From: an uncultured Anaerolineales bacterium
GTDB lineage: Bacteria; Chloroflexota; Anaerolineae; CG2-30-64-16
Reading direction: 5' to 3'
DNA: 18,567 nucleotides
Assembly (NCBI GenBank): GCA_964423545.1
Contig: CAYRFV010000092.1
Span: 1 to 18,567 of the forward strand
Position numbers and translations under genes: made by a program. The notes under the pieces were generated by a model, which was not told where the DNA came from, did no database searches, and was given only the letters and a program-made list of their open reading frames with translations. Positions 1 through 9,375 of this stretch are shown here, in pieces (within the stretch, counting starts at the first letter, position 1; each line of letters begins with the position of its first letter).

Positions 1-270
1 GGCGGCCTGGTAGCCGGAGCCGGTGCCCACTTCCAGGACACGGCTGGCAGGGGTCAGCCGCAGCGCCTGAGTCATAAGCGCCACAATGTACGGCTGCGAG
101 ATCGTCTGTCCGCGGCCGATGGGCAGCGGCATGTCCTCGTAGGCCTGGCCGCGATACTCCGGTGGCACGAACAAGTGACGCGGCACGGCCGCAAGCGCCG
201 CTCGCACGACACGATCGGTGATGTCGGGCCAGTGCGGCGGCCAGTGCGCCGGGATCTTCATCTCGCTCAT
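1..270 (-). CDS. pcm: protein-L-isoaspartate O-methyltransferase, N-terminal part (gene runs off the window start)
   Basis: Reverse-complement translation from the ATG at 270 gives [90 protein letters not shown]. The 'TISQPY(I/M)VA' and 'LEVGTGSGY' (SAM-binding) motifs are hallmarks of PCMT. It is absent from the ORF track only because it is open at the window edge. Confidence 0.8.
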   Translation of the reverse strand, partial: MSEMKIPAHWPPHWPDITDRVVRAALAAVPRHLFVPPEYRGQAYEDMPLPIGRGQTISQPYIVALMTQALRLTPASRVLEVGTGSGYQAA

Positions 271-324
271 GGCGCAGTGCTCCCCGCGACGTCCCGTCCA
301 CGATGCGGCACACCCCGCGGCACT

Positions 325-353
325 ATTCTAGCATCGGCCCCAACAGGTCGCAA
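325..353 (-). promoter_or_regulatory. candidate sigma70-like promoter for pcm: -35 TTGCGA (plus-strand 348..353), 17-bp spacer, -10 TAGAAT (plus-strand 325..330)
   Basis: The minus strand reads TTGCGAcctgttggggccgatgcTAGAAT, about 55 nt upstream of the pcm ATG. This is hexamer pattern matching only. Confidence 0.3.
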
Positions 354-388
354 ACTAAACGACGCACGCGCACCCATTGCCGTCGGGG

Positions 389-417
389 TTGTGACGCAAG
401 GGACATGGTGCTATACT
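389..417 (+). promoter_or_regulatory. candidate promoter for kbl: -35 TTGTGA (389..394), 17-bp spacer, extended -10 TGcTATACT (409..417)
   Basis: TTGTGAcgcaagggacatggTGcTATACT lies in the divergent pcm/kbl intergenic region, about 95 nt upstream of the kbl start. Confidence 0.35.
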
Positions 418-511
418 TTGCTCAAAGCGAACGCGTGGCCATGGCTTTTCCTTTCCTGCATTCGTGCGTCACATGGCGCCAGAGGCCCACTCGAAGAGGA
501 GTTGATCGACC

Positions 512-1696
512 ATGACACCCGACAAACTTGCCTTCATCCGCGCGGACATGGACGCGTTGGCTGCGAGCAACCTGCTCATCACTCCCCGAACCATGGAGTC
601 GCCGGCAGACGCATGGATGGTCGTCGACGGCAGACGCGTGCTCAACTTCTGCACCAACAACTACCTCGGACTGGCGAATCACCCGAAGATGAAAGCGTCT
701 GCCAAGGCTGCGGTGGAGGCCTGGGGGGTCGGTCCGGCCGCAGTGCGCAGCATTGCCGGCACGCAGGCGCTGCACGTCGAGCTGGAGCGCCGCCTGGCTG
801 CGTTCAAGGGAGTCGAGGATGCGCTCTATGTGCAGAGTGGCTTCTGCGCTAACCAGGCCGCAATCCCGCCGCTGGTCGGCAAAGAGGACGTGATCTTCAC
901 CGATCGCCTGAACCACGCTTCGATCATCGACGGCGCGCGACTGAGCAGCGCCAAGATCGTCGTGTACGAGCATTGCGATCCGGCTGACCTGGAAGCAAAG
1001 ATCAGGGAGCACCTGCCCAACTACCGCCGTGGACTGATGGTGACCGACGGTGTATTCAGCATGGACGGCGACATCGCACCATTGGACCGGCTGACCGAGG
1101 TTGCCGATCGCTACGGCGTGCTGACGATGGTCGATGATGCGCATGGCGAAGGTGTGCTTGGTCGCAGTGGCCGCGGCATTGTCGACCATTTCGGGCTGCA
1201 TGGCGTCTTCGATGTGGAGATCGGCACATTGAGCAAGGCGTTCGGCGTTGTCGGCGGCGTCATTGCAGGCAAGAAGACCATCGTGGACTATATCCGGCAG
1301 AAGGCGCGCCCATTCCTCTTCTCCAGCGCAACCACGCCGGCCGACACCGCAGCCTGCCTGGCCGCAGTCGATCTGCTAGAGGAATCAGAGGCGCTCGTGA
1401 AGAAGTTGTGGGACAATGCCTCCTACCTCCGCGGCGAGCTGCAGCGCCTCGGCTTCGATACGGGCAAGTCGCAGACGCCGATCGTGCCGGTGATGCTGGG
1501 CGATGCTGGTCTGGCGAAGCAGTTCAGTCGCGAGCTCTTCGAGGCGGACGTCTTTGCCATGTCCATCGGCTATCCTACGGTGCCTAGAGGTCTGGCGCGC
1601 ATTCGCGTGATGAACACAGCCGCCCATGAGCGCAGTGACCTGGAGCAGGGGCTGGAGGCATTCGCCGGCGTCGGAAGGAAACTTGCCGTCATCTGA
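512..1696 (+). CDS. kbl: glycine C-acetyltransferase / 2-amino-3-ketobutyrate CoA ligase (class II PLP-dependent alpha-oxoamine synthase)
   Basis: The 394-aa ORF has GAGGAG 10 nt upstream of its ATG. It carries 'NFCTNNYLGLANHP', 'LNHASIIDG', 'DDAHGEGVLG', the PLP-lysine context 'GTLSKAFG' and 'ARIRVMNTAAHE'. The length (Kbl is about 395-398 aa) and the NFCxNNYLGL motif favour Kbl over BioF (NFSSNDYLGL). Confidence 0.85.
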   Translation: MTPDKLAFIRADMDALAASNLLITPRTMESPADAWMVVDGRRVLNFCTNNYLGLANHPKMKASAKAAVEAWGVGPAAVRSIAGTQALHVELERRLAAFKGVEDALYVQSGFCANQAAIPPLVGKEDVIFTDRLNHASIIDGARLSSAKIVVYEHCDPADLEAKIREHLPNYRRGLMVTDGVFSMDGDIAPLDRLTEVADRYGVLTMVDDAHGEGVLGRSGRGIVDHFGLHGVFDVEIGTLSKAFGVVGGVIAGKKTIVDYIRQKARPFLFSSATTPADTAACLAAVDLLEESEALVKKLWDNASYLRGELQRLGFDTGKSQTPIVPVMLGDAGLAKQFSRELFEADVFAMSIGYPTVPRGLARIRVMNTAAHERSDLEQGLEAFAGVGRKLAVI

Positions 1697-1723
1697 GCGC
1701 GTTTTCAGGTTTGCACAATTCGG

Positions 1724-1752
1724 TTGACGCGTCACCCTTCCTGTGATATGAT
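1724..1752 (+). promoter_or_regulatory. candidate promoter: -35 TTGACG, 17-bp spacer, extended -10 TGaTATGAT
   Basis: ggTTGACGcgtcacccttcctgTGaTATGAT lies about 45 nt upstream of the LysM lipoprotein start. Confidence 0.4.
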
Positions 1753-1799
1753 GCTATTAAATCGCCGTGCCCGTTTCTCATCTGTCCGGAGGCTTGTCC

Positions 1800-2468
1800 A
1801 TGAAAAAGCGCACCCCACTCCTCGCACTGATTGTGCTCATGATCGTGTTGGCTGTTGCGCTGTCCGGCTGCAACCGGGAACGGCCCGCGCCGACGTCGAC
1901 CAGCTCAACTCCGACCCTCAAGCTTGGCACTGCAACCCCCGCTCCGCCGGGGGCCGCCGTGACCAGGGTCACGCTGCCTGGGCAGACCGGACAGCCGTCG
2001 GGAGCGGCCACGCCGGTGCCGCTGACGCCGGGCAGCTTTGCGCCGCCGACGGCAGCCGCCGGTGCGACCAGCAGGCCGCCAACTGCGGCCAGCCAGCCGC
2101 CGGCCGCAGCAACGACCGTGGTGCGCCTTGCCGGCGAGACAACCTACGTCATCCAGCGCGGCGACACCCTGGCGAAGATCGCCGCACGCTACGGCGTCAC
2201 GGTGAAGCAGATCACTGATCTCAACGGCATCAAGAATCCCAACATGATCGTTGTCGGCCAGAAGCTGCGCATTCCAGGCGCCGCGACGACGGCCCCGGCA
2301 GCCACCAGCGCGCCTGCTGGAGCCCAGAAGACCTACACCGTACAGGCAGGGGATAACCTTGCTGGCATTGCCGCCAAATTCGGCGTCACCATCCAGGCGC
2401 TACAACAGGCGAACAACTTGAGCAACCCGGATCAGATCTACTCCGGTCAGATTCTGAAGATCCCGTGA
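1800..2468 (+). CDS. lipoprotein with a Pro/Ala/Thr-rich linker and two LysM peptidoglycan-binding domains
   Basis: Start is reassigned from the track's 1767 to the ATG at 1800, which has GGAGG 8 nt upstream. MKKRTPLLALIVLMIVLAVALSGC is a type II signal peptide with an LSGC lipobox. A long P/A/T-rich low-complexity region follows. The two LysM repeats are 'YVIQRGDTLAKIAARYGVTVKQITDLNGIKNPNMIVVGQKLRIP' and 'YTVQAGDNLAGIAAKFGVTIQALQQANNLSNPDQIYSGQILKIP'. Confidence 0.8.
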   Translation: MKKRTPLLALIVLMIVLAVALSGCNRERPAPTSTSSTPTLKLGTATPAPPGAAVTRVTLPGQTGQPSGAATPVPLTPGSFAPPTAAAGATSRPPTAASQPPAAATTVVRLAGETTYVIQRGDTLAKIAARYGVTVKQITDLNGIKNPNMIVVGQKLRIPGAATTAPAATSAPAGAQKTYTVQAGDNLAGIAAKFGVTIQALQQANNLSNPDQIYSGQILKIP

Positions 2469-2493
2469 GCCCCCTCCGGCTCGCATAGTCAGG

Positions 2494-2531
2494 CAACAGC
2501 GCCATCCCTGAGTTCGGGGATGGCGTTGTTG
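2494..2531 (+). terminator. stem-loop downstream of the LysM gene (15-bp stem with one G:U, 8-nt loop), no U-tract
   Basis: caacagcgccatccc-tgagttcg-gggatggcgttgttg lies 26 nt after the stop codon. Lacking a U-tract is common in high-GC genomes. Confidence 0.4.
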
Positions 2532-2713
2532 CTGGGTGGGCCGTCAGCCCGGTGGTGGGTAAGTGTCAACAATCCATCGGACTCGTTGTGGCGGCGCTAT
2601 GATATGATAGAAGTGCGCCGTATCTATAGGGAGAACCGGCCGCCCTGGGAGACTGTGGGTGCGGATCGCGCTCCACAGCTCCTGCACACGGCAACAACAA
2701 AGGAGATGTTTCG

Positions 2714-3772
2714 ATGAACACCATGTTTGGCGCTTTCGTCATTGCACTGCTGCTGGGTGGGATGGTTGCGTTCTTGATCATTCTTGCCACCGGACGGAAC
2801 AACAAGCCCAACTACCAGTCGGCGACGCGTGTCGGACTGGTCGTGCTCCTGGTGGTTTTCGCGGCCAGCGCGCTGATGGATGCCTTCACGCAGGTGGAGG
2901 CCGGGTCGGTGGCCGTGGTCAAGCAGTTTGGTCAGGTGGTCGGCGTCTTCTACCCCGGCCTGAACCTGAAAATGCCGTTCATCCAGCAGACCGTGCCATA
3001 TCGAACGCAGGAGATCATCTACGAAACGAGCGAGGACCCCAAGACGAGCCAGGCCAACTACAAGGATATCGAGGTGGACACTGCCACGGCCGACGGCCAG
3101 CAGATCCGGGCGCGCTTCACGATCCGCTTCCGCATCGACCCTACTCGGGTGATTGAGATCGTCAACAACCTGGGCACCGAGCCTGAGGTGGTGGAAAAGG
3201 TGGTCAAAGCCACCAGCCGCGTCCACGTGCGCAACATTCTGAAGCAGCACTCGGCCACCGATCTCTATTCGGGCAACGTGGAGCGAGCCCAGGAGGAGAT
3301 CCGCCAGCGGCTGGATACCGAGTTCGGCCATGCCGGCCTGCAGCTCATCTTCTTCGGCCTGCGCTCGATTCACTTCGAGCCGGAGTATATCAAGGCCGTC
3401 GAACAGAAGCAGATCGAGAAAGAGAACATCACGACCAAGGAGAACCTGGCCAAGCAGGCCGAGTTCGAAAAGCAGCGCACGATCACGCAGGCGCAGGGCG
3501 ACGCAGAGCGCGAGAAGCTGCAGCGCATCGGCCAGGCCCAGGGTGAGGCGGAGGCCATTCGCGTGAAGGCCATCGCCGACGCCGAGGCGACCCGCATCAA
3601 GGCGCAGGCGCAGGCGGAAGCGAACAAGCTGATAGCCCAGAGCCTCGATCCCAACGTGATCAACTGGCAGGCGATCCAGCAGTGGAGCGGGCAATATCCG
3701 ACGGTGATGGGTGCGGGAGGGAGCTTCATCCTGCCCGGAGATCTGTTCAAAGCGCCGGCGCCAAGCAAGTAG
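2714..3772 (+). CDS. SPFH/band 7 domain membrane protein (HflC/flotillin-like) with a C-terminal Ala/Glu/Gln-rich coiled-coil repeat region
   Basis: AAGGAG lies 8 nt upstream of the ATG. The protein has an N-terminal transmembrane segment (FGAFVIALLLGGMVAFLIILA). The SPFH core includes 'AVVKQFGQVVGVFYPGLNLKMPFIQQ', 'YETSEDPKTSQANYKDIEVDTATADGQQIRARFTIRFRIDP' and 'FGLRSIHFEPEYIKAVEQKQ'. The C-terminus has repeats such as 'QAQGDAEREKLQRIGQAQGEAEAIRVKAIADAEATRIKAQAQAEA'. Confidence 0.85.
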   Translation: MNTMFGAFVIALLLGGMVAFLIILATGRNNKPNYQSATRVGLVVLLVVFAASALMDAFTQVEAGSVAVVKQFGQVVGVFYPGLNLKMPFIQQTVPYRTQEIIYETSEDPKTSQANYKDIEVDTATADGQQIRARFTIRFRIDPTRVIEIVNNLGTEPEVVEKVVKATSRVHVRNILKQHSATDLYSGNVERAQEEIRQRLDTEFGHAGLQLIFFGLRSIHFEPEYIKAVEQKQIEKENITTKENLAKQAEFEKQRTITQAQGDAEREKLQRIGQAQGEAEAIRVKAIADAEATRIKAQAQAEANKLIAQSLDPNVINWQAIQQWSGQYPTVMGAGGSFILPGDLFKAPAPSK

Positions 3773-3784
3773 TCTGCGAAACTC

Positions 3785-3813
3785 TTGACAATGACCTGCT
3801 AAAGTATTATACT
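3785..3813 (+). promoter_or_regulatory. near-consensus sigma70 promoter TTGACA-N17-TATACT upstream of the J-protein gene; the -10 overlaps the palindrome AGTATtATACT
   Basis: cTTGACAatgacctgctaaagtatTATACTcc is the best promoter match in the window and sits about 40 nt upstream of the start at 3857. Confidence 0.55.
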
Positions 3814-3856
3814 CCAGTCAGGCACGCGGAAGATCGATGCGGTTGGGGAGCGGTGT

Positions 3857-4804
3857 ATGGAGTATAAAGACTACTACAAGACGCTGGGCGTTGAGAAGAG
3901 TGCGGACGAGAAAGAGATCAAGAAAGCCTATCGGCGGCTTGCGCGCCAGTATCATCCTGATGTGAACCCTGGCGACAAAGCCGCCGAAGCCCGTTTTAAA
4001 GAGATCAACGAGGCCTACGAGGTGCTCAGCGATGCCGAGAAACGCCGCAAATACGACGAACTCGGGCAAAGCTATCAGCGCTGGCAGCAGATGGGTGGCG
4101 GATCGGGCGGCTTTGATTGGAACCAATGGGCGGCCAGGGGCGGAACGGGTGGCGCACGCGTCTCATACGGCGACATCAACGATCTCTTTGCGCAGGGGGG
4201 CTTCTCCGATTTCTTCGAAGCGATCTTCGGCGGAATGAGTGCGGCCGCACAGGGGCGGGAAGCTGAGACTGCCAGCAGGGTCCGCGGCCATGATCTCGAG
4301 CACGAGGTTGAGGTTTCCCTCGAAGAGGCATTTCGCGGTGCGCAGCGCCTGGTGGAAATGGACGGTCGCCGGCTGGAAGTCAAAATCCCTGCGGGCGTCA
4401 AGACGGGCTCACGCGTGCGCGTGGCGGGCGAAGGCCCGGCAACCGCAAGCCGGGGCGCGGCTCGCGGCGACCTTTACCTCCGCATCAAAGTGCTGCCGCA
4501 CCCTACATTCGAGCGCCGCGACGACGATCTGCACTGCGAAGCCCCTGTCGATCTTTTCGTCGCACTGTTAGGTGGTGAGGTGCGCGTGCCGACGCTGTCG
4601 GGATCCGTTGCGCTGCGCATCCCCGCCGGCACGCAGTCGGGGCGCACCTTTCGGCTTTCGGGACAAGGCATGCCCAGGCTGCGCTCGCCGCAGGAGCACG
4701 GCGATCTTTATGCCAGGGTACGCGTGATGCTGCCCGAAAAGCTGGACGACCACGAACAGAAACTTGTGCGTGAGTGGGCGGCGCTGCGGGGAAGGAACGC
4801 CTGA
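3857..4804 (+). CDS. cbpA: J-domain co-chaperone of the CbpA type (DnaJ-like, lacks the Cys-rich zinc-finger region)
   Basis: The J-domain '[36 protein letters not shown]' carries the HPD motif and is followed by '[19 protein letters not shown]'. A Gly/Phe-rich linker (GGGSGGFDW...[13 protein letters not shown]) comes next. The two DnaJ C-terminal beta-domains are present (e.g. '[19 protein letters not shown]', '[46 protein letters not shown]'). No CxxCxGxG repeats occur, so the architecture is CbpA rather than DnaJ. Confidence 0.85.
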   Translation: MEYKDYYKTLGVEKSADEKEIKKAYRRLARQYHPDVNPGDKAAEARFKEINEAYEVLSDAEKRRKYDELGQSYQRWQQMGGGSGGFDWNQWAARGGTGGARVSYGDINDLFAQGGFSDFFEAIFGGMSAAAQGREAETASRVRGHDLEHEVEVSLEEAFRGAQRLVEMDGRRLEVKIPAGVKTGSRVRVAGEGPATASRGAARGDLYLRIKVLPHPTFERRDDDLHCEAPVDLFVALLGGEVRVPTLSGSVALRIPAGTQSGRTFRLSGQGMPRLRSPQEHGDLYARVRVMLPEKLDDHEQKLVREWAALRGRNA

Positions 4805-5098
4805 ACTGAGCGCAGGACGAAACCTGCCTGGCCGGATGCCACCGTGTCATTCCAGCGCACGCGGGAATCCGGGCCCAGTTGCTAAACATTCGCATTCGCA
4901 TGTGCGACGCGCGATGAAAGCCGCGCACTGGCGGACATCGGGAGTCTGAGGTTTTCAAGCTGGAACCTGTTTGGTGCGCCCAGGTCGAGGCGACATCACC
5001 CTGCGTCGACCCACGGGCGGCCCGACTGGACGCATGCTCATTCCATCCAGCCCGTTCGCCTTCAAGCGCAGCACATTACCACTTCACCTAGGTGCGCC

Positions 5099-6655
5099 AT
5101 GTCGTCTACGCCAGACACCTGGAATGAGCCTCGCTACGCCATCGGCGCCGTCGCCGCGATGCTTGCGTTGCATCCGCAGACGCTGCGCCGCTACGAGGAG
5201 CTCGGCCTGTTGGTGCCCGCTCGCAAGGCGGGCCGCCGTCTCTATTCCCCGCGCGAGGTGGAACTCCTCCGCTCTATCTCCCGTCTGAGCAGCCAACTCG
5301 GTCTTAACATGGCCGGCGTAGAAGTGATTCTGCGCCTCAACCAGCGCATCAACGAGCTGCAGAGCGAAGTCGACATCCTCCAGGGTGCGCGCACCAGCCT
5401 CGAAGAGCAGATTGCCACCCTGAAGGAGGAGTTACGCCAGGCGCAAGTGCATTCCTCACTTCGATCGAGTATTCCGACGATCGAACAGCCCAAGGCGGCT
5501 CCCAGAGCCACCCTATCTTCGGGCGGATCGCCACGCCCGCTATTCAAGACAGGAGCGTCTACCATGATGCAAGAACGCGATTTGCAGGAACTGGCCGAAC
5601 TGAAGAGCGCCACTGCTCCCATCCTGAGCCTGTATCTGAATGCAGACCCGCATCGTCGCTCCAGTGAAGAGCACAAGCTCTCGCTGCGCAGACTGCTGTC
5701 CCAGGCAGCCAACCAGGGCGCAGCACAGGCCGATGTCGAGCGCATCGAACGCTTCTTTGAGCACGAATACAATCGGCAGGGACGCGGCGTTGCCTGCTTC
5801 AGCCAGCAGAAGCTGGGATTCTGGCGGGAATACGAGCTTCTGGTTCCCGTCGAAGATTTCGTGTTCCTCGGCCAGCGACCCTACATCTTTCCGTTAAGCG
5901 ACATCTGGGATAACTACGGCCGGTTCGGCGTGCTCATGGTCGACCGAGAGGGCGCCCGGGCCTTCATCTATCACCTCGGCGCGCTCGAAGATTCGGCCGG
6001 CACCCTGGGCGAGGAGGTCAAGCGGCACAAGCAGGGTGGCTGGGCCGCGCAGAAACTGCAACGGTATGAAGATCAGGCGGCTGCGCACAATCTCAAGGGA
6101 GCAGCGGCCTGGGCTGATGATTTCCTGCGCGAGCGCAACGTCGAGCGCGTGGTCCTTTCCGGCAGCGATGGCAACCTGGCCCTGTTTCGCGATCTCGCCC
6201 CCCGCGCGCTTCAGGACAAAGTCATCGGCCAGATCAACCTGGACATGAACACCACGCCCGTTGAGGTTTGGGAGCATGCTTTTCTGGTGGCGCAGGCCGC
6301 TCAGCGGCGAGCGGAAAGCGATCTGTTGCAGCAAGTGGTGACTGCGGCGCGCAAGGGCGGCGCCGGAGCGACAGGCCTGACCGACACGTTGGCTGCGATG
6401 CAGGCGAACCGAATCCACCAGTTGCTCGTGGATCGCAATTTGCACGCTGCGGGCAATCAATGCGCCAACTGCGGCGCACTGGTGGTCGATCCACTCAAAA
6501 CGTGCCCCTACTGCAACGGCAAACTAGCTGCCACTGCCGATGTCGTCAATCTGGTGCTCAGCCGGGCGACCGAAACCGGCGTCAAAGTGGCCGTCCTGGA
6601 GCCCAGCTCGCAGCTTACCGAGGTCGGCGGGATCGCGGCCGTGCTGCGATATTGA
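5099..6655 (+). CDS. hspR: fusion protein: N-terminal HspR-like MerR-family heat-shock repressor (aa 1 to ~115), Ser/Pro-rich linker, C-terminal eRF1/Pelota-superfamily three-domain module (aa ~156-518) with GGW in place of GGQ and a Cys4 zinc ribbon
   Basis: The N-terminus 'YAIGAVAAMLALHPQTLRRYEELGLLVPARKAGRRLYSPREVELLRSISRLSSQLGLNMAGVEVILRLNQRINELQ' follows the HspR HTH pattern (Streptomyces HspR has ...LHPQTLRQYDRLGLVSP...RRYS..DIELLR...). The C-terminal module is colinear with eukaryotic eRF1. Domain-1-like segment: 'LQELAELKSATAPILSLYLNADP...GVACFSQQ...VEDFVFLGQRPYIFPL'. Domain-2-like segment: 'GRFGVLMVDREGARAFIY...KRHKQGGWAAQKLQRY' (compare eRF1 'KKHGRGGQSALRFARLR') and 'VVLSGSDGNLALFRDLAPRALQDKVIGQINLD' (compare eRF1 '[31 protein letters not shown]'). 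Domain-3-like segment: 'TGLTDTLAAMQANRIHQLLVD' and the C-terminal 'EVGGIAAVLRY' (compare eRF1 'GGIGGILRY'). There are no in-frame stops across the junction. Confidence 0.75.
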   Translation: MSSTPDTWNEPRYAIGAVAAMLALHPQTLRRYEELGLLVPARKAGRRLYSPREVELLRSISRLSSQLGLNMAGVEVILRLNQRINELQSEVDILQGARTSLEEQIATLKEELRQAQVHSSLRSSIPTIEQPKAAPRATLSSGGSPRPLFKTGASTMMQERDLQELAELKSATAPILSLYLNADPHRRSSEEHKLSLRRLLSQAANQGAAQADVERIERFFEHEYNRQGRGVACFSQQKLGFWREYELLVPVEDFVFLGQRPYIFPLSDIWDNYGRFGVLMVDREGARAFIYHLGALEDSAGTLGEEVKRHKQGGWAAQKLQRYEDQAAAHNLKGAAAWADDFLRERNVERVVLSGSDGNLALFRDLAPRALQDKVIGQINLDMNTTPVEVWEHAFLVAQAAQRRAESDLLQQVVTAARKGGAGATGLTDTLAAMQANRIHQLLVDRNLHAAGNQCANCGALVVDPLKTCPYCNGKLAATADVVNLVLSRATETGVKVAVLEPSSQLTEVGGIAAVLRY

Positions 6656-6818
6656 GCCGTCGTGTGTTGTGTCGTGTCGAGGCGTTTGCATTGCGTTAGA
6701 GGATTGCGCTTTGTAGCCGCTCCTACACCGAGGGCTTTGGCCCGGTGATATGGTAAGATTGAGCGAGCGGACCGATGAAGAAGCTCGTACGATGCAACTC
6801 AGATGAGGTTGGGTGGAT

Positions 6819-9326
<2,508 letters not shown>

Positions 9327-9335
9327 GGCTGACGC

Positions 9336-9375
9336 CAGGAGCTGGACGCGACTATGAGCCGGCGTCCAGCTCCTG
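9336..9375. terminator. perfect 14-bp inverted repeat (CAGGAGCTGGACGC / GCGTCCAGCTCCTG, 12-nt loop) between convergent clpC and psuG; candidate bidirectional terminator overlapping the psuG stop codon
   Basis: The left arm is 9336..9349 and the right arm 9362..9375. The clpC stop is 9324..9326 and the psuG stop is 9352..9354 (minus). There is no U-tract. Confidence 0.45.

Noticed and set aside
422-1201. 259-aa minus-strand ORF antisense to kbl; similar shadow ORFs at 5894..6460, 7206..7976, 9712..10377, 10194..10577, 11622..12308, 12799..13581
   Set aside because: All overlap confidently assigned genes on the other strand. None has motifs or a start context. They are the expected GC-rich shadow ORFs.
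1767-1799. Track start of the LysM gene at 1767
   Set aside because: The ATG at 1800 has a GGAGG at optimal spacing and begins a canonical lipoprotein signal peptide (MKKRTPLL...LSGC). The 11 upstream codons are not needed.
2624-3694. 356-aa minus-strand ORF antisense to the SPFH gene
   Set aside because: High-GC antisense artefact. It has low-complexity L/R/G/D-rich sequence, no recognisable motifs and no RBS. The plus-strand gene has a clear SPFH signature.
4805-5098. Possible tRNA or known riboswitch in the 294-bp spacer
   Set aside because: It has no cloverleaf-compatible arms and no T-loop (GTTCRANYC)/CCA arrangement. GGGAATCCGGG at about 4868 only superficially resembles a T-arm. No riboswitch core motifs were recognised.
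4764-5288. Small ORFs (61 and 105 aa) in the cbpA/hspR intergenic region
   Set aside because: They overlap flanking genes, have no RBS and have composition-driven sequence. They are treated as non-coding.
3773-6812. Canonical HAIR (CTTGAGT-N7-ACTCAAG) or CIRCE (TTAGCACTC-N9-GAGTGCTAA) heat-shock operators
   Set aside because: No exact or near-exact copies were found by eye. Only degenerate half-site-like elements occur, which are reported as low-interest findings.
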